Shown here: one piece after another, positions 53,101 through 64,000 of the stretch
Numbering within the stretch: the stretch's first letter is position 1
Layout of the letters: every line of letters starts with the position of its first letter
Assembly (NCBI RefSeq): GCF_009914755.1
Contig: NC_060944.1
DNA: 64,000 nt
Strand: one strand, 5' to 3'
DNA from: the human T2T-CHM13v2.0 reference genome, Homo sapiens
The notes under the pieces: model-generated
What the model was told of the DNA's origin: nothing
The model's input: only the letters and a program-made list of their open reading frames with translations
The model's database searches: none
Program-made: the position numbers and the translations under genes

Positions 53101-53849
53101 AATGGAATCTCAGTGCCACAGTTATTTTTCTGTTTAGAAAAAAAGTGTTATGAAGGAAAATGATGTATGCCCCAACTACAGTGGATGGTGAAAGACGCAA
53201 GGTGAGGAGGAAAAAGCAAACAAGTTGAGGAAAACCAGTTATCATTTTTAATTTTAAATATCATACCCACCCATTTCTACCATTCCTGAGTCGGTCAACA
53301 TTTCTGTAATTTGAAAAACATAGGCCTGGGTGTGATTTCATCTGTCTTTGGCATTTATCCTACCTGGTGCTCTCTGAGCTTCTTGGATCTATGGTTTCAT
53401 GTCTGACATTAATTTGGGGAAATCCACAGTTATAACTGTTTCCAATGTTTCTTCTGTTCCTTTTTCTACTTCTTCCCCTTTTGGGATTCCCAGGAGGCAT
53501 TTACGAGATCTCCAAGAAGCTGTAAAAGCTGAAAACTGTCGTCATATGATAGCAGGGTATTGACGGCAATTTTGTGAGGTGTGAGGATGGTACAGTTGTT
53601 ACTTAATGTATTGAAGAAGCACTTTCTGGAGGGGAGTCATATTGAATTATTTGCAAGCGAAGCCATGCAAAGTCTGGGATTTGCTTGAAGATACTTTAGG
53701 AAAAAAAGCAGGCTATAGGGGGATGGTTTTAAACCAGATTGGCCAAATGCTGAGCACTGTTGGAGCTGGAGGGGGACGCATGGAGGATCACTTTTCTCTC
53801 TGTTTTCCCAAGGCTCACCCATTCCCAGAACCAGCAGGCAGTGCTTGCT

Positions 53850-54320
53850 CTGGGAGCCCCCTAGGAATCGCGCACGGGATCAGGTTTCCCTCTAGCGGCG
53901 GCTGGAGAGACTGCGGCCGAGGCGCTGTAATAATTTGGATCCGTATTCTCTGGAAGAAATGCGCCCGATGTCCGGCCGAAGGCGCGGGCTGCGGACGAGG
54001 GAGAGGGTAGTCTTTGGTGGCTCTTTCCAGACTCGTGGAAACTTTCCAAAAGTCATGGAAATTTTACATATTCATCGCTCCATAGTGATTCTATATTAAT
54101 GGCTGACAGGGGGATGCTTGTTTTAAAAAGATAGAAATGGATATTGAAATGTTCAGATGTTCCAGGTAAACCATGCACCAGGTGTACACTAAGCCTCCTG
54201 TCGCCTGGGTCCAGCCCAGTCCCCCAAAGTGGGTGAGTGACCCTCGGACTGAGCCGGGGCTCGGAGCCTGCAACGCCCACCCGGGTGGAGCCGGGACTAT
54301 GGGCGACCATCGCTCCAGCC
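53850..54320. promoter_or_regulatory. CpG-retaining candidate regulatory core, arm B
   Basis: Dense CpG at 53869-53998, CTCF-like 53884-53916 (-), kB-like 54037-54047, plus-strand donor 54233-54238. Confidence 0.5.
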
Positions 54321-55649
54321 TGGCAGGGGGTTGCTTCCTGCCCAGACCCCCCTCACCCACGTCCAGCCCTGTTGCTGGACACACGTGCTCTAGTTTATGT
54401 GCCATTTTGATCCTTTGTTGCCCTCTGTGAGAAGAAAGGAGCCTGGACAAGCGTCTAAAGCTTCTGGGTGTGAATAGATACCCACGCACTTCAGGCCTTA
54501 CCTGAGTCCAGGTCGCCTCGCTATGCACGCCCTGGCCCTCTCCCAGGATGGCGCCCGCGCTGCAGGCAGAGCCACCGTCTCCATCTGCGAGAGCGCACAG
54601 GTGCGCAGGGAGGGCCCAGGCTACACAGCTCAGGAGCTGTCCTCATCCAGGTGGGGTCCAGCCTGGGGTCCGCCCAGTCGGGGATGAGCTCATGGACTGC
54701 AGGTGGAGGTCCCAGGGCCCCTCCTAGAGTCCTCCCTCCACGGAGGGTCTGCCTGCTGAGGGTCAGAACTGAGGGCTGTGGCCTTTATCTGGTGTAGACA
54801 GGCTGTGTTGCTGCAGAGCAATCAGTCTGTTTTGATCTTATGGATACTGAATTGCACAACTCAGCATTTCTGTAATTTGCATTTTCACACCCACTGGGGA
54901 CAGCGAGAGTGCTGGGGATGGGAAGGGTGTGGAAAAATTTCACTTTTGCAGCTTTTGATGAAAAAGGTAAAACAATCAGCATTAACAACAGCTTTAGCAG
55001 CCTAATGACAAAACCCTGCTATTTCAATGCTAATGCACCATTAAAATAGATTGTCATAGTCCAGAATTTTATATTCTTAGCTTGATGTGTTTCAATGAGT
55101 AGGCTGGGACATGTTCAGGGGGTCTTTGTGGATTTGTGTCTTTAAAAATGAACTCTGTTCAGAGAAACGCAGAAGAGATCAGGGCTTCCCCCTTGTGGCT
55201 GCTAGAAAACAGACACCTTCCATTTCTAAATGCTGCTCTGAAACAGGGGGGTCTAATAGTGGGGTCTTGTGACCGCTTTGCTCTCTTCAAATGTGTTGAG
55301 GATCCACAAAAGCTTTGGTTTATGCAGCAGGTACATATGTGCTTATATGCTGCAGATAGATAGTGCTTATACATATGTGCTTATATACTGTAGATATTAT
55401 ATTATGTTGGAAATCAAAACTTAATTTCCAGATATGTTTGTATTACTCTTCGAAAATTAATAATAGACCCATTACATTGCTGATGAGAATGCAAAATGGT
55501 GCAGTCCCTTGGAAATAGCGCAGCAGCACCTTATACAGCCAGACATGAATTGATTGCCTTATACAGTCAGACAGGCATCGATCACCTTTTACAGTCAGAC
55601 ATGCACTGGTCACCCACCCAGTGGGTGATCCAGTGGGATCTACAGCTAC

Positions 55650-56449
55650 TGATATGGAAGGGGGGCAGGGCAGTGCTGGGAATGGAAGGGCATGGTCCCT
55701 GGCTAGAGCTCCACCCCTGGGTCTGTGCTCCCAGACCTAGGTGAGGACGGGCACTCCTGCCTTCACGCTCAAATGTTGCATTTCCCAAAATCACCCTGGC
55801 CCATTACACCCCCATACTGTGCCTATAAAAACCCCAAGACCCTAGCAAGCAGACACACAAGTAGCTGGAAATCAAGAGGAACACATTGGTGGCAGAACAC
55901 ACAAGTGGCTGGACGTCGAGGGGAGCATGTGGCAGAAGAGCACGCTGACAGACGTGGGCAGGCTGGCAGGGCATCCACCCGTGGAATGATGTGGAGTTTG
56001 GCCAGGGTGGTCAGAGGAGAGCCCAGGCCGCTGAGTGGCCCAACTCCAGGGGAAAACCACACCCTTCTGTCTCCCCCATCTGCTGGGAGCTGCTTCCACT
56101 CAGTAAAACTTTGCACTCATTCTCCAAGCCCACGCGTCCTCCGATTCTTCTGGTACACCAAGGCAAGAACCCCAGGATACAGAAAGCCCTCTGTTCTTGC
56201 GATAAGGCAGAGGGAACTGAGCTAACACAAGCCACCTACAGGTGGCTAAACTAAAAGAGCACCCTGTAACATACGCCCACTGGGGCTTCAGCTGTAAACA
56301 TTCACCCCTAGACAGTGTTGTGGGGTCGGACCCCACAGCCTGCGGTCTGCATGTTCCCCCTAGAGGTCTGAGCAGCGGGGCACTGAAGAAGCCAGCCACA
56401 CCCCCATGGCCCGCCCTGTGAGGGGGATAAGGGAACTTTTCCTGTTTCA
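55650..56449 (+). mobile_element. LTR1-family ERV1 solo LTR, present in arm B only
   Basis: TGATATGGAAGGGGG...TATAAAA...CCTGTTTCA. TSD CTAC/CTAG. Single CTAG in arm A at 41608-41611. Confidence 0.8.
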
Positions 56450-56869
56450 CTAGGTGCTTACCCAGGAGAAATGAAGACATACATAGACGCACACACAGAC
56501 ACAGTCTTACAAGGGCATACAAATTCTTTATGTTCAGCATTATTCCTAATAGCCCCAAATTGGAAGCAATTCAAATCTCCATCCATTAGCGAGCAAACAA
56601 ATTGTGGCATGTCTCAATCTACCCAGCTATAAAAAAATTTTAAAAATGTTAATACATGCAACATGAAACAATCTCAAAGTCATTATGTCTGTAATATATA
56701 GAAAATGGCTATAATCAAAGAAGAATTCAAGCAAAAACCAAATTTTTCAAATCAAGTAAAAGATATAAACAAAGAATTCAGAGAAAATGAAATGCGAATG
56801 GCCCATAATCATATAAAAGAGGCTCAGCTTCAAAGAACTACAAAGTAGAGAAATACAAATTTAAACACA

Positions 56870-59850
<2,981 letters not shown>

Positions 59851-59959
59851 GACAAACAAATAAAATCATACTTTCTCCCAGATTTTAGGGGTATGTTTGA
59901 TTATTTTTATACTAAAACAAGAACAGAGATATTGAGTTAACAAAATTCAATTTTTTTAA

Positions 59960-64000
<4,041 letters not shown>

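Larger units (their letters stand above)
53490..56865 (-). repeat. Arm B (probably derived) of the inverted duplication
   Basis: Begins CCAGGAGGCATTTACGAGATCTCCAAGAAGC, the reverse complement of 44399-44429. Flanked by L1 pieces. Confidence 0.95.

Noticed and set aside
55725-56558. ORFs of 152-166 aa
   Set aside because: They lie largely inside the LTR1-family solo LTR.

Overview
Repeat-rich primate DNA, most likely human or great ape (AluY, a HERV-H solo LTR7 and an L1PA3-like element are present). I cannot assign the locus. I found no credible cellular protein-coding gene, RNA gene or CRISPR array. The only real protein-coding sequence is a frameshifted L1 ORF2 at the right end; the other ORFs I checked are repeat-derived or look like chance. 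The interesting content is local self-copying. (1) At least five short segments (68-388 bp) were copied from 1-3.5 kb away into old repeats. Two are nearly identical to their donors, including a 388-bp inverted repeat with 2 mismatches. (2) A ~3.2-kb old inverted duplication (41.2-44.4 kb vs 53.5-56.9 kb) has arm-specific Alu/LTR insertions. Both arms keep a CpG-rich core with an extended CTCF-like motif (a convergent pair ~9.9 kb apart), a kB/NFAT-like array and an outward-facing GTGAGT donor. (3) A much older direct paralogy (10.8-11.3 kb vs 30.9-31.4 kb) has short conserved motif islands. Repeat subfamily names come from my memory of consensus sequences. Mismatch counts were made by eye. 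All functional claims are inference.
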